NCBI GenBank assembly: GCA_022072095.1
Contig: JAJVIJ010000013.1
Location: 109,273-173,272, forward strand
Origin: Rhodocyclaceae bacterium
GTDB taxonomy: Bacteria; Pseudomonadota; Gammaproteobacteria; Burkholderiales; Rhodocyclaceae
Reading direction: 5' to 3'
Length of the DNA: 64,000 nucleotides
A program made the translations under genes and the position numbers. Shown piece by piece: positions 33,689 to 43,494 of this stretch. Under the pieces are notes generated by a model. It did not search any database. It had not been told where the DNA came from and saw only the letters and a program-made list of their open reading frames with translations. Position 1 is the stretch's first letter. Each line of letters begins with the position of its first letter.

Positions 33689-34769
33689 CGCCACCACACG
33701 CAGCGATCGCGGCGCCGATCTCCGATACCGGGACATCCGCGGTGACAAACGCACGGCCGATTGCCTCGAGCAGGATCAGTCGCAGACGTCCATCGGCGAC
33801 CTTTTTGTCAGCGGACATCAGATCGAGGTAACGCTCGACACCCAGTGCCGGCACCGTGACGGGCAACTCCGCTCGTGACAGCAGCTCACGGATGCGCCCG
33901 ACGGAATGCTGATCCAACAAGCCCAGACGCCGGGACAGCTCGGTCGCGATCATGATGCCGCCCGCGACGGCTTCGCCATGCAGCCAGTTTCCATAGCCGT
34001 GGCCGGCTTCGATGGCATGGCCGAAGGTGTGTCCGAGGTTGAGCAGCATGCGCACGCCGGACTCCGTCTCGTCCTCGGCGACGATGTCCGCCTTGTTGCG
34101 GCATGAGCGCTCGATCGCATGAGCAAGCACCTCTGCCTCGCCCGCGAGCAATGCCGGCATGGCTTCTTCGAGCCAGTCGAAGAATGCGGCATCACGGATC
34201 AATCCATATTTGATCACTTCGGCGAGGCCGGCATGCAGTTCGCGCGCCGGCAGCGTGGCAAGCGTATCGGTATCGGCCAGCACCAGCCGCGGCTGATAAA
34301 AGGCTCCGATCATGTTCTTGCCACGCGGATGATTGATACCGGTCTTGCCACCAACAGACGAATCGACCTGGGCGAGCAGCGTCGTCGGAATCTGGATGAA
34401 CGGAACACCGCGTTGATAGGTCGCGGCCGCAAACCCGGTCAAATCGCCGATCACGCCCCCGCCCAGCGCGATCAACGTCGTCGTGCGCTCGGCACGCGCC
34501 GCGATCAGCTCATCGAAAATACGATTCAGCGTTTCCCAGTTTTTGTAGGCCTCGCCATCATCTATGATAATAGCATGAATATCGATGGACACCTCGCGCA
34601 GACCTGCTTCGAGGCGTGCAAGATAGAGGGGAGCGATGGTGGTGTTGGTCACGATCGCGGCGCGCCGGCTCGGTAGATGTGCCGCCACCAAGGCAGGCTG
34701 ATACAAAAGTCCGGGCGCAATCAGTATCGGATAGCTGCGCGTGCCCAGATTTACGTCGAGGCGGCGCAT
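33681..34769 (-). CDS. aroB: 3-dehydroquinate synthase
   Basis: 362 aa with family motifs ([28 protein letters not shown]). It follows aroK. Confidence 0.95.
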   Translation of the reverse strand: MRRLDVNLGTRSYPILIAPGLLYQPALVAAHLPSRRAAIVTNTTIAPLYLARLEAGLREVSIDIHAIIIDDGEAYKNWETLNRIFDELIAARAERTTTLIALGGGVIGDLTGFAAATYQRGVPFIQIPTTLLAQVDSSVGGKTGINHPRGKNMIGAFYQPRLVLADTDTLATLPARELHAGLAEVIKYGLIRDAAFFDWLEEAMPALLAGEAEVLAHAIERSCRNKADIVAEDETESGVRMLLNLGHTFGHAIEAGHGYGNWLHGEAVAGGIMIATELSRRLGLLDQHSVGRIRELLSRAELPVTVPALGVERYLDLMSADKKVADGRLRLILLEAIGRAFVTADVPVSEIGAAIAACGGDG

Positions 34770-35284
34770 CGCGTGCGGATCTCCTGCTCAAGCTGACGCG
34801 CGAGCAGCGAGACCGTACCCTGCCCGCTGTCGATCGTAATGTCGGCGACGTCGTTGTATAAAGGCTCGCGCAATGCAAGCAGTTCGCGAATACGGGCACG
34901 CGGATCGGAAACGCGCAACAGAGGTCGGGAGGCATCATGCCGCGTACGCGCGTACAAGAGCTCCGGCGTTGCTCGCAGATAGACGGTGAGTCCGGACTGG
35001 CGCAGCAGCGCACGATTGTCTGGATCGATCACGATGCCGCCACCGGTGGACACGACCACGCCCGACAAACCGGCCAGCTCGCGCAGCAGATTGGCTTCAC
35101 GTTGTCGAAAGCCGGCCTCGCCCTCGATTTCGAAAATCATCGGGATGCTCACGCCGGTTCGGGCCACGATTTCATGGTCACAATCGATGAAACGCAGGCC
35201 CAGACGGCGGGCAATCTGACGGCCCAGCGTCGTCTTGCCGGCGCCCATCATGCCAACAAGAAAAATTCGGGCACAGTTCGACAC
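34751..35284 (-). CDS. aroK: Shikimate kinase
   Basis: 177 aa with the P-loop GMMGAGKTT. It sits downstream of pilQ as in the conserved pilMNOPQ-aroK-aroB arrangement. Confidence 0.93.
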   Translation of the reverse strand: MSNCARIFLVGMMGAGKTTLGRQIARRLGLRFIDCDHEIVARTGVSIPMIFEIEGEAGFRQREANLLRELAGLSGVVVSTGGGIVIDPDNRALLRQSGLTVYLRATPELLYARTRHDASRPLLRVSDPRARIRELLALREPLYNDVADITIDSGQGTVSLLARQLEQEIRTRCAAST

Positions 35285-35383
35285 GGCCGAATTGTATCAG
35301 CCGGCCAGCGCATGCCAGCACGCGGAAATGCCCACGGCAGGCGCTTCGGTAATACCAAGCCGACGCCATGCAGGGCGCGACGC

Positions 35384-37537
35384 TCAGCGCAGGCTCAAGG
35401 TGTCATTGGCAATGCGTGGCGTGACGAAGATCAGCAACTCGCTACGGTTGTCGCGGCTCTCGGTATTGCGGAACAGGAAGCCGACGTACGGCAAGTCGCC
35501 GAGGAACGGCACACGCGCCTGTGTACGCTGCTCGTTCTGGGTATAGATCCCGCCGATCACGACCGTACCGCCGTTCTCGACGAGCACATCGGTCTTGACA
35601 TGCTTGGTGTCGATCGCAACGCCTGCGCCCGTGGCGATCTGCGTATTCGGCGAGTCCTTATTGATGTCCAGCGCCATCTGCACGCGCCCATCCGGGGTAA
35701 TCTGAGGCGTGACCTTGAGTGACAGGTTCGCCTTCCTGAACGAGATGCTGGTCGCCCCGGAACTCGTCGCCTGCTGATAGGGAATCTCGACACCCTGCTC
35801 GATCAGCGCCTCCCGCTGGTCGGCGGTCATGACCCTGGGACTCGAAATAACCTTGCCCTTGCCATCCTGCTCCAGAGCGCTAACCTCGAGCTGCAGGAAA
35901 CGGGTTGCGGCGCTGTTGAACAGACTGAACGAGAACGCGCCCGTCTGCCTGCCGGCGATCGCCGAAGCGGGCAGGTTGACCGCGAGCCCTTCGGTCTGAT
36001 ATTTCGGCACCGGATCGGCCAGCACGCCGGAATTGTAGGCAGTGCCCTCCAGACGGCTGCCGAGGTTGATCCGGGCGACATCGAGCAGCGGATTGCCGGA
36101 CCCGCCAAACCGCGGCGCGTTGAAATCGAAGAAGCCGAGTCGAGCACCCAGGTTTTTGGCGAAATCGTCATTCGCCTCGACGATGCGCGCTTCGATCAGG
36201 ACCTGACGCGATGCGATATCTATTTCGCCGATGAAACGCCGGACGTTGTCCAGCCGGTCGGCCGTATCGGTCACAAACAGCTTGTTGGACTTGGCATCGA
36301 AGATCGCCGTGCCACGCTTGGACAACAGCGTTGCCGCCTTGTCCTTCAGCAGCGTCGCCACTGCCTCGGCGCGCTGGTAATTCAATTGAAAACTCTCTGT
36401 CCGGGTGGGTTCGAGTTCGCCAATCTGCTGACGTGCTTCCAGCTCGAGCTTTTCCTTGGCCGCCAATTCGTCACGGGGCGCGATCCAGATCACGTTGCCG
36501 TTCTTGCGCTTGTCCAGTCCCTTGGCATCGAGGATGATGTCCAGCGCCTGGTCCCACGGCACATCCTTGAGCCGGAGTGTGAGCGCTCCACCGACGGAAT
36601 CGCTGGTGATGATGTTGTTGTTGGTGAAATCGGCGATCACCTGCAAGACCGCGCGCACATCGATGTTCTGAAAATTGAGCGACAACTTCTCGCCCTGATA
36701 GCCCGGTTTGCTGCCCTGAACCAGCTTGTTCGGATCCTCCTTGACCTGACGGACCTCGACGATGAACTGATTGTCGCTCTGGTAGGCGTTGTGCTCCCAC
36801 AGACCCTTGGGCGTGACGACGATACGCGCATTCTGGCCCACTTGGGACGCCTCATAACCGGATACCGGCGTCGCAAAATCCTGCACGTCATAGCGACGCT
36901 GCATGTCCTTGGGCAGGCTTGTTTTCAGGAAATCGACGATCAGCCGCGAACCCTGCTGGCGGATGTCGATACCGGTATCGGCATCCGAGAGATCCACGAC
37001 AATACGACCTTCGCCATCCTTCCCGCGACGGAAATTGAGTCGCTTGATGTCGTGTGGCGCATCTTTCGCCTGCGGCACTGCAAAATGGGTGGTCTGGGCC
37101 GCTACCGCCTCGGAGGTCGGCTGCGCCAACGAGATCATCACCGTACGGCCATCCATGCGAGTCTCATAGCTCGAAAGACGGTTCAGATTGAACACCACAC
37201 GTGTGCGATCGCCCACCTCGACGATATTCACGCTGCGCAAATGTCCCTCGTTGAGCGATTGCGCCGATTTGCCCAGCGCGTTGCTCGCTCCCTGAAAGTC
37301 GAATACCAGCCGTGCGGGATTGGCAACCGTGAAGCTGCCAGGTGGCTGCGCCAACGGATGACGCAACGTGATCTTGACGAGCACCTGCCCGGCCTGCTGG
37401 CCCGTTTCGATGTTCTCGATCGCATTGGTGCCCGCGACCGGGGTCGGTTGCGTCTGAGCCGACACGGAAGGCATGACGATCTGGGCCAGCGCCAACATGC
37501 CGCCCAGCGCCCATGCGCGCAAAAAAATTGTCCTCAT
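35384..37537 (-). CDS. pilQ: Type IV pilus secretin PilQ
   Basis: Track ORF trimmed to MRTIFLRAWALGGMLALAQIV (signal peptide), whose ATG overlaps the pilP TGA. The C-terminal secretin domain includes VPFLGDLPYVGFLF. Confidence 0.93.
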   Translation of the reverse strand: MRTIFLRAWALGGMLALAQIVMPSVSAQTQPTPVAGTNAIENIETGQQAGQVLVKITLRHPLAQPPGSFTVANPARLVFDFQGASNALGKSAQSLNEGHLRSVNIVEVGDRTRVVFNLNRLSSYETRMDGRTVMISLAQPTSEAVAAQTTHFAVPQAKDAPHDIKRLNFRRGKDGEGRIVVDLSDADTGIDIRQQGSRLIVDFLKTSLPKDMQRRYDVQDFATPVSGYEASQVGQNARIVVTPKGLWEHNAYQSDNQFIVEVRQVKEDPNKLVQGSKPGYQGEKLSLNFQNIDVRAVLQVIADFTNNNIITSDSVGGALTLRLKDVPWDQALDIILDAKGLDKRKNGNVIWIAPRDELAAKEKLELEARQQIGELEPTRTESFQLNYQRAEAVATLLKDKAATLLSKRGTAIFDAKSNKLFVTDTADRLDNVRRFIGEIDIASRQVLIEARIVEANDDFAKNLGARLGFFDFNAPRFGGSGNPLLDVARINLGSRLEGTAYNSGVLADPVPKYQTEGLAVNLPASAIAGRQTGAFSFSLFNSAATRFLQLEVSALEQDGKGKVISSPRVMTADQREALIEQGVEIPYQQATSSGATSISFRKANLSLKVTPQITPDGRVQMALDINKDSPNTQIATGAGVAIDTKHVKTDVLVENGGTVVIGGIYTQNEQRTQARVPFLGDLPYVGFLFRNTESRDNRSELLIFVTPRIANDTLSLR

Positions 37538-38049
37538 TTCTTGGCCTCCTGCTCCTGCAACAGCAGCGAGCTCGTGCGCTCGACCCAATCTCCGGCCGAA
37601 TCTTGAACCAGCTCCTTCAACGTGACCTCGTTTTCGGAGATGGCGGTGATGACTCCGAAATTCTGGCCTATGTAATTGCCAACCCTGGATTGATAAATGG
37701 ATTTGTCTGCCTGGATCAGCGCATATAGATTCTTGCCGCGCTGCAGGGCTCCGACCATTTTCAAAGACTCGAGGGGAAAGGCTTCCAGCGGCTCCTTCGG
37801 GCGGTTCAGGTCGGGGCGCAAGCCGCCTCCCCCACCTGGCTTGCGCGCGGTTTCAATCTTCGCCGGACCGAAGGGATCAGGCAGATTTCCCGCACCGTAG
37901 GTGACAACAGCGGTCGGCTTCATTTCCGAAATGGGCGGAACCCGCCCGACCATGTCGCGCGTGGACTCCTGGATCCACTTTTCCAAATCTTCATGTCGAT
38001 CGCCACAGCCACCGATGAGGAGCAGCGACAACATGCACCACCACCTCAT
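37534..38049 (-). CDS. pilP: Type IV pilus assembly lipoprotein PilP
   Basis: 171 aa with the lipobox LLIGGC, between pilO and pilQ. Confidence 0.85.
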   Translation of the reverse strand: MRWWCMLSLLLIGGCGDRHEDLEKWIQESTRDMVGRVPPISEMKPTAVVTYGAGNLPDPFGPAKIETARKPGGGGGLRPDLNRPKEPLEAFPLESLKMVGALQRGKNLYALIQADKSIYQSRVGNYIGQNFGVITAISENEVTLKELVQDSAGDWVERTSSLLLQEQEAKK

Positions 38050-38729
38050 TTTTTCGCCCCCTTCTTGGCCTTCTCGGCCTTTTCACGACGCTGGCGAGCG
38101 ATCTCTTCGTCATCCAGGTAGCGATAGGTCCGAGCCACGCCGTCCAGTCGCAAGACACCGGCGTCCTTGCTGGCCTCGATCGTGAGATCACTCACCGTAA
38201 CAATCCGCGAGAGTTGGGCGACATCGCTGACGAACGCTCCCAGGTCATGATATCCACCCGTCACGCGAATCTGAATCGGCAACTCGGCATAGAAATCCTG
38301 CAAGGTGTCGACGCCCGGTTTGAACAACTCGAACTTGAGCCCCCGCCCCAGTCCTGCCTGATTGATATCGACGATCAACGCATCCATCTCGGCCTTGTTC
38401 GGAAGTTGTTTCAACAAGGCGCCGAAGGCGCGATCGATCTCGCCAAGCTGCTTGCGGTACTCGGCAAGATTCACGGCCTGGCGCTTCTTGGCAAGAAACT
38501 CGTCCTTGAGCTTCAGTTCCTGCTGTTCCTTTTGCCTCAGCGAATCGATCTGCTCGCGCCAATCAAACCACCAAGCCGCGAGCACGCACAGCACAAAGAC
38601 CAACACCAACACGGTCACTCTCGGCACGAATGGCCATCCGCCCACATCTTGCGGATCCAGGGACTTGAAGTCCGCCAGTACTGCGCCGAGATCCAAAGAA
38701 CGAACTCCGGCGAGACTAGGCATCTTCAT
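38046..38729 (-). CDS. pilO: Type IV pilus assembly protein PilO
   Basis: 227 aa with a single TM helix followed by a coiled coil (QKEQQELKLKDEFLAKK). A 4-nt overlap joins it to pilN. Confidence 0.88.
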   Translation of the reverse strand: MKMPSLAGVRSLDLGAVLADFKSLDPQDVGGWPFVPRVTVLVLVFVLCVLAAWWFDWREQIDSLRQKEQQELKLKDEFLAKKRQAVNLAEYRKQLGEIDRAFGALLKQLPNKAEMDALIVDINQAGLGRGLKFELFKPGVDTLQDFYAELPIQIRVTGGYHDLGAFVSDVAQLSRIVTVSDLTIEASKDAGVLRLDGVARTYRYLDDEEIARQRREKAEKAKKGAKK

Positions 38730-39325
38730 GTCTTGGCCCCTCCCGTCGTGGCTCCCGCCGGCATTGTCTTGAGCGCATCCTCCTTGGCCCGCGTGATCGT
38801 CACGCTCAAACTGAACTCGGAAACGCTTCGTTTATCGACCGTTGCCGCCTTGATTTCGACTAGATCCGGTTTTTCCAACAGCGGCGAAGCCTCGAGATTG
38901 CGCATGAGCGTGGAGACCCGCGCGGAGGATTGGGCGTATCCCGCCAAGGCGACCTTCGATCCGGTCTGCTTGACAGACTTCAGGTAAACCCCTTCGGGGG
39001 TTTGCTTGGCGAGTTCATCCATCAATCCGACCGCCTCGAACCGATTGCCCTGCAAGGATTCGATCACACGCTTGCGTGATGACAGGGCATCCATCTGTTC
39101 GCGGAGGCGCTTGATCTCGTCGATCTCCCGATCCAGTTCGGCAATCTTCTTGGTGAGAAACGCGTTCTTGTCCTCTTGAGCATCGACATAGCCGGCGATC
39201 ACGCCGTGCACGAGACCCCAGACGACCACGCCACCGACGGCGGCCCCAACCGCTGCGACGTAGAACTGAGTTCGTCGCTGCTTGCGCTTTTCCTCGCGAT
39301 GCGGCAGCAGATTGATCCGGATCAC
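38726..39325 (-). CDS. pilN: Type IV pilus assembly protein PilN
   Basis: Track ORF trimmed to the GTG at 39325 (V/M-IRINLLPHREEKRKQRR, the conserved PilN N-terminus). GTGA overlaps the pilM stop. Confidence 0.88.
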   Translation of the reverse strand: MIRINLLPHREEKRKQRRTQFYVAAVGAAVGGVVVWGLVHGVIAGYVDAQEDKNAFLTKKIAELDREIDEIKRLREQMDALSSRKRVIESLQGNRFEAVGLMDELAKQTPEGVYLKSVKQTGSKVALAGYAQSSARVSTLMRNLEASPLLEKPDLVEIKAATVDKRSVSEFSLSVTITRAKEDALKTMPAGATTGGAKT

Positions 39326-40404
39326 GGGTCGAACCTCCTCAACGCCAGGCCGCAGGCGACCAACAATGCCGGAGCATCGGACGCCAGGCTTTTCGGACGC
39401 ACCCGATCGGACAACTGCATCTCGGCGAAAGGATTGGCGACAACAGTCGAGACTTGGGTGCGGCTCGCCACCACCTCGTCCAGCCCCGCGATCGCCGCAC
39501 ACCCCCCGGCAAGAACGATCTGATCGACCTGGTTATATTGCGTGGAAGTAAAGAAAAACTGCAATGCCCGTGAAATTTCCAGCGCAACGGTATCCATGAA
39601 GGGCCGCAACAGATCGGACTCGAAGTTTTCCGGCAAGCCATTGCTGCGCTTGGCGGATTCGGCTTCGTCGTAGTTCATGCCATACTGGCGCACGATGTCC
39701 TGCGTCAGTTGGCTGCCGCCGAATGCCTGCTCCCGAGAGTAAACCGACTGATCGTTGCGCAAAACCAACACGTTCGTCACCTGGGCTCCGATATCGACCA
39801 TGGCGACGACTTTGTTCTTGCCCCGGGTGGGCAACGAGCCCTCGATCAAATTGAAGGCAGCCTGCGCGGCGTAGGACTCGACATCCATCACGACTGGCTT
39901 CAGGCCGGCCGCCTCGGCGACCGCGACGCGGTCCTGGACCTTCTCCTTCCGCGAGGCTGCGATCAGGACCTCGACCTCGTCCGGGCTTCCGGGTGCCGGA
40001 CCCAGAAGCTGGAAGTCCAGATTGACCTCGTCGAGCTGAAACGGAATGTACTGATTGGCCTCCGACTCGACCAGAGCTTCGAGCTCCTGCTCGCGCTGAC
40101 CGGCCGGCACGATGATCCTCTTGGTAATGACCGCGGCAGACGGCAATGCCATGGCCACGAGGCGAGTACTGGTCTGCATGCGCCGCCACGCGCGTCTGAC
40201 CGACTCGGCCACCGCATCGAGATTGGCGATATTGCCATCGGTCACGGCATCACGCGGGAGGGATTCCAAGGCATAGCGCTCGACACGGTACTTGCCCTTG
40301 CTCGGCTCGGACAACTCGACCAGCTTGGCCGCCGAGGAGGACAAGTCCAAACCGATCAACGGTCGAGACTGGCTTGACAACAGCGAGAACATCGATAAGT
40401 TCAC
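39322..40404 (-). CDS. pilM: Type IV pilus assembly ATPase-like protein PilM
   Basis: 360 aa with an actin-like fold pattern (IGLDLSSSAAKLVEL..). It is the first gene of the pilMNOPQ block and is divergent from mrcA. Confidence 0.93.
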   Translation of the reverse strand: MNLSMFSLLSSQSRPLIGLDLSSSAAKLVELSEPSKGKYRVERYALESLPRDAVTDGNIANLDAVAESVRRAWRRMQTSTRLVAMALPSAAVITKRIIVPAGQREQELEALVESEANQYIPFQLDEVNLDFQLLGPAPGSPDEVEVLIAASRKEKVQDRVAVAEAAGLKPVVMDVESYAAQAAFNLIEGSLPTRGKNKVVAMVDIGAQVTNVLVLRNDQSVYSREQAFGGSQLTQDIVRQYGMNYDEAESAKRSNGLPENFESDLLRPFMDTVALEISRALQFFFTSTQYNQVDQIVLAGGCAAIAGLDEVVASRTQVSTVVANPFAEMQLSDRVRPKSLASDAPALLVACGLALRRFDP

Positions 40405-40568
40405 GCGCGCTTTTCCTTTAAATCCTTATAGATCATAATCTTGCACGATCTACGTATAAATTACGTTAGATGCTAACAGCAAGCCCAAAAGCTGTAAAGC
40501 GAAATTGCCGTCGGACAGGTGAGAGATGATCATCGCTGCGCGCCGATCCAGCGAGATGAAGCCCTATA

Positions 40569-42866
40569 ATGCCCGTCCGATTGACTCCGCCCACGACATT
40601 GTCCCCCGTCATCCGCCGCACCCTACTGGCCCTGCTCATACTGGCCGGCCTGCTTCTCTCAGGCCTGGCGCTTGTCGCCACCGTCACCATCATCATCTAC
40701 CCGCAGCTACCGTCTCTGGCGGTGCTGACGGACTATCGGCCAAAAATCCCGTTGCGCATCTACAGCGCCGACGGCGCACTGATCGGCGAGTTCGGCGAGG
40801 AACGACGCTCTATTGCCCCGATCGCGACCGTTCCCCCGGTCCTCAAGCTAGCCATTCTCGCAGCGGAAGATGAGCGCTTTTATCAGCACCCCGGTGTCGA
40901 CACGCTGGGCTTGATGCGTGCGGCCGTCGCCAACCTCACCAGCGGAGGCAGACAGCAAGGTGCTAGCACCATCACCATGCAGGTCGCCCGCAACTTCTTC
41001 CTCTCCAGCGAAAAAACACTGACACGCAAAGTCTATGAGGTGTTGCTGGCTTTCAAAATCGAAAACAACCTGACCAAAGACCGCATACTCGAGCTATATA
41101 TCAATCAAATCTATCTAGGACAACGGGCGTACGGCTTTGCTGCGGCCGCGCAGATCTACTTCGGCAAAGAGTTGCGCAGCCTTACGCTCGCCGAGGCGGC
41201 GATGCTTGCCGGACTGCCGAAGGCGCCATCCAGTTACAACCCGATCGCCAACCCGAAACGCGCGCGACTGCGACAGCACTATGTATTGCGGCGCATGCAT
41301 GAGCTCGGCTGGATCGACGATGCGACACAGAAATCAGCCCAGCAGGAAACGCTGCGACTGCACAGCAATCCGAATGAATTCGCCGTCAACGGGGAATACA
41401 TCGCCGAGATGGCGCGCCAAATAGCTTATGAGCGCTTCAAGGAAGCCACCTACACCAGCGGCTTGCGCGTCATCACCACCATCCGGCAGGCCGACCAGGC
41501 CGCTGCCGTTGCCGCCGTCATGCGCGGCGTGCTGGACTACGATCGGCGCCACGGCTATCGCGGAGCGGAGGGTTATATCGATCTACCGAAAGGGGATAAC
41601 CGCGAAGAAGCCATCGAGGACGCGCTTCAACCTTACGCGGAGATACCCGGTCTGCCCGTCGCCGTCATCCTGGAAGCCAGGCCCACCCTGATCAAGGCCT
41701 ATGTGCGAGGCGGCAATCAGATCGATATCCCGACTGACGGCCTGAAGTTCGCGCGCGCGATGCTCGATGACAAGTCGCCGACCGACAAGCGCTTGCGGAC
41801 GGGTGCCGTGATCCGAGTGGCGCATGACGCACGTGGTACCTGGCAGGTCGTGCAACTGCCGCAGGTCGAGGCCGCTTTCATTTCGGCCGACCCAAGGGAT
41901 GGTGCCGTGCGCGCGCTCGTGGGCGGCTTCGACTTTGGTCGGAACCAGTTCAATCATGCCACGCAGGCCTGGAGGCAACCTGGTTCGAGTTTCAAGCCGT
42001 TCATATATTCCGCTGCGCTGGAGAAGGGCTTTCATCCAGGTAGCGTGATCGAGGATGCCCCGTTCGTCGTCCCGGCCTCCGAGACCGGGAGTACCGCGTG
42101 GGCACCACAGAACTACGACGGAAAATATGAAGGCCCGATGACCTTGCGCATGGCGCTGGCGAAATCAAAAAACATGGTGTCGATACGACTGCTTTCCGCG
42201 ATCGGTCCGCGCTACGCTCAGGAGTATGCGACGCGATTCGGGTTCGATGCCGACAAGCACCCGCCCTACCTGACCATGGCGCTTGGTGCCGGCGCGGTGA
42301 CGCCTTGGCAAATGCTGCGTGCGTATTCGACCATTGCCAACGGTGGCTATCGCGTCGAGCCCTACCTCGTTGCCGAAATTCGCGACCAGAAGGATCGCGT
42401 GTTGGCTCGGTTCAACCCTCGCACCGCAGGTGACGAGGCATTGCGTGCTATCGACGCCCGCAATGCTTACGTGATGGACAGCCTGATGCAGGAGGTCGTC
42501 CGGCGGGGCACCGCCGCCAAGGCCATGGTGCTTCAGCGCAGCGACTTGGCCGGCAAGACCGGGACCACGAACGATTTCATGGACGCCTGGTTTTGCGGCT
42601 ACCAGCCAGCGCTGGTCGCGATCGCCTGGGTCGGATTCGATCAGCCGCGCAGCCTGGGTCAGGGCGAAACCGGTGGGGCGGTCGCGCTGCCGATCTGGAT
42701 CGGCTATATGTCCAAGGCCCTGCAGGGAATCCCAGAGACAAGGCTGCCACAGCCGGAAGGTCTGATTACCGCTTCGCCACCAGCGATCGACCCGCACGTG
42801 CGCGATTACCTATATCGCGAACACATGCCACCCGTGGATCCTTTCTCCGGCTCCACCTCGCCATGA
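40569..42866 (+). CDS. mrcA: Penicillin-binding protein 1A (bifunctional transglycosylase/transpeptidase)
   Basis: 765 aa with the GT51 motifs EDERFYQH and GASTITMQ, and the transpeptidase motifs SSFKP and KTGTT. Confidence 0.93.
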   Translation: MPVRLTPPTTLSPVIRRTLLALLILAGLLLSGLALVATVTIIIYPQLPSLAVLTDYRPKIPLRIYSADGALIGEFGEERRSIAPIATVPPVLKLAILAAEDERFYQHPGVDTLGLMRAAVANLTSGGRQQGASTITMQVARNFFLSSEKTLTRKVYEVLLAFKIENNLTKDRILELYINQIYLGQRAYGFAAAAQIYFGKELRSLTLAEAAMLAGLPKAPSSYNPIANPKRARLRQHYVLRRMHELGWIDDATQKSAQQETLRLHSNPNEFAVNGEYIAEMARQIAYERFKEATYTSGLRVITTIRQADQAAAVAAVMRGVLDYDRRHGYRGAEGYIDLPKGDNREEAIEDALQPYAEIPGLPVAVILEARPTLIKAYVRGGNQIDIPTDGLKFARAMLDDKSPTDKRLRTGAVIRVAHDARGTWQVVQLPQVEAAFISADPRDGAVRALVGGFDFGRNQFNHATQAWRQPGSSFKPFIYSAALEKGFHPGSVIEDAPFVVPASETGSTAWAPQNYDGKYEGPMTLRMALAKSKNMVSIRLLSAIGPRYAQEYATRFGFDADKHPPYLTMALGAGAVTPWQMLRAYSTIANGGYRVEPYLVAEIRDQKDRVLARFNPRTAGDEALRAIDARNAYVMDSLMQEVVRRGTAAKAMVLQRSDLAGKTGTTNDFMDAWFCGYQPALVAIAWVGFDQPRSLGQGETGGAVALPIWIGYMSKALQGIPETRLPQPEGLITASPPAIDPHVRDYLYREHMPPVDPFSGSTSP

Positions 42867-42905
42867 AGAAACGCCATGGGCCGACAGCCGGGCCGCATGC
42901 TCAGG

Positions 42906-43214
42906 TCAAGGTCCCGCCTGAGCAAGCGGATCGCCGAGCAGGCGGCGTATGGTAGCGATCAACTCCTCACCGTTCCGGGTATCGACCCAGCGATCCGCAT
43001 CGAAGCGGAAATGCCAGCCCCCGCTCGGCGCAGCGACCCATATTTCCCTGGCCGCAACATGTCTGTTGATAATGATGCGCGACGCATCCTCGCACACGAC
43101 CTCGAGGATGCCGCCAGGCTTGCTGTCCACGTCCAGGCCATCGATCCCGTCCAACATCTCTTGCAAGGACGCCAGCATCGCGTAAGCACGATCCAGAAAA
43201 GACTGCTCGTCCAT
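42906..43214 (-). CDS. cyaY: Iron donor protein CyaY (frataxin homologue)
   Basis: 102 aa starting MDEQSFLDRAYAMLASLQEMLD... and containing NRHVAAREIWVAAPSGGWHF. Confidence 0.9.
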   Translation of the reverse strand: MDEQSFLDRAYAMLASLQEMLDGIDGLDVDSKPGGILEVVCEDASRIIINRHVAAREIWVAAPSGGWHFRFDADRWVDTRNGEELIATIRRLLGDPLAQAGP

Positions 43215-43235
43215 GCTACGCTCGGTCCTCTGCTT

Positions 43236-43296
43236 GATTCGTTTCCAATCGACTCATTCCCAATTGACGCATTCCCAATTGATTCGTCCCAGAATT
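43236..43296. repeat. Four imperfect 15-bp tandem repeats (consensus GAyTCrTTCCCAATT)
   Basis: Read directly: gattcgtttccaatc / gactcattcccaatt / gacgcattcccaatt / gattcgtcccagaat. They lie in the cyaY / lptM-lysA divergent intergenic region. Confidence 0.85.
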
Positions 43297-43323
43297 CGTC
43301 CCCGCTCGCACGCCGCCATCCGC

Positions 43324-43494
43324 TTGGTCGCGGCAGCCGGGTCATCGCTGGTCATCGCCACACTTTGCGGTTGCGGCACCAAAGGTCCTTTGGAAATGCC
43401 GCCCCCACGCGGCACCTCTGCGGAGTCTAACCCGCACACTCCGTCAGCGCCCTCGCAGACGCTGGACGCCAGCAAACCCTCGACTGAGCGATGA
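43324..43494 (+). CDS. lptM: LptM(YifL)/LppL-like small lipoprotein
   Basis: In-frame TTG at 43324 gives (M)VAAAGSSLVIATLCGCGTKGPLEMPPP.., with a lipobox followed by the CG-x-KGPL hallmark. Its stop overlaps the lysA ATG as ATGA. There is no ATG close to the signal peptide, so the start is tentative. Confidence 0.55.
   Translation: MVAAAGSSLVIATLCGCGTKGPLEMPPPRGTSAESNPHTPSAPSQTLDASKPSTER

Noticed and set aside
40565-40570. Perfect TATAAT hexamer overlapping the mrcA ATG in the AT-rich pilM/mrcA intergenic region, a possible sign of a leaderless transcript or mis-called start.
   Set aside because: No acceptable -35 lies at 16-18 nt upstream. Transcription from it would begin downstream of the ATG and remove the conserved basic N-terminus ahead of the PBP1A TM anchor. 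It is most likely a coincidence.
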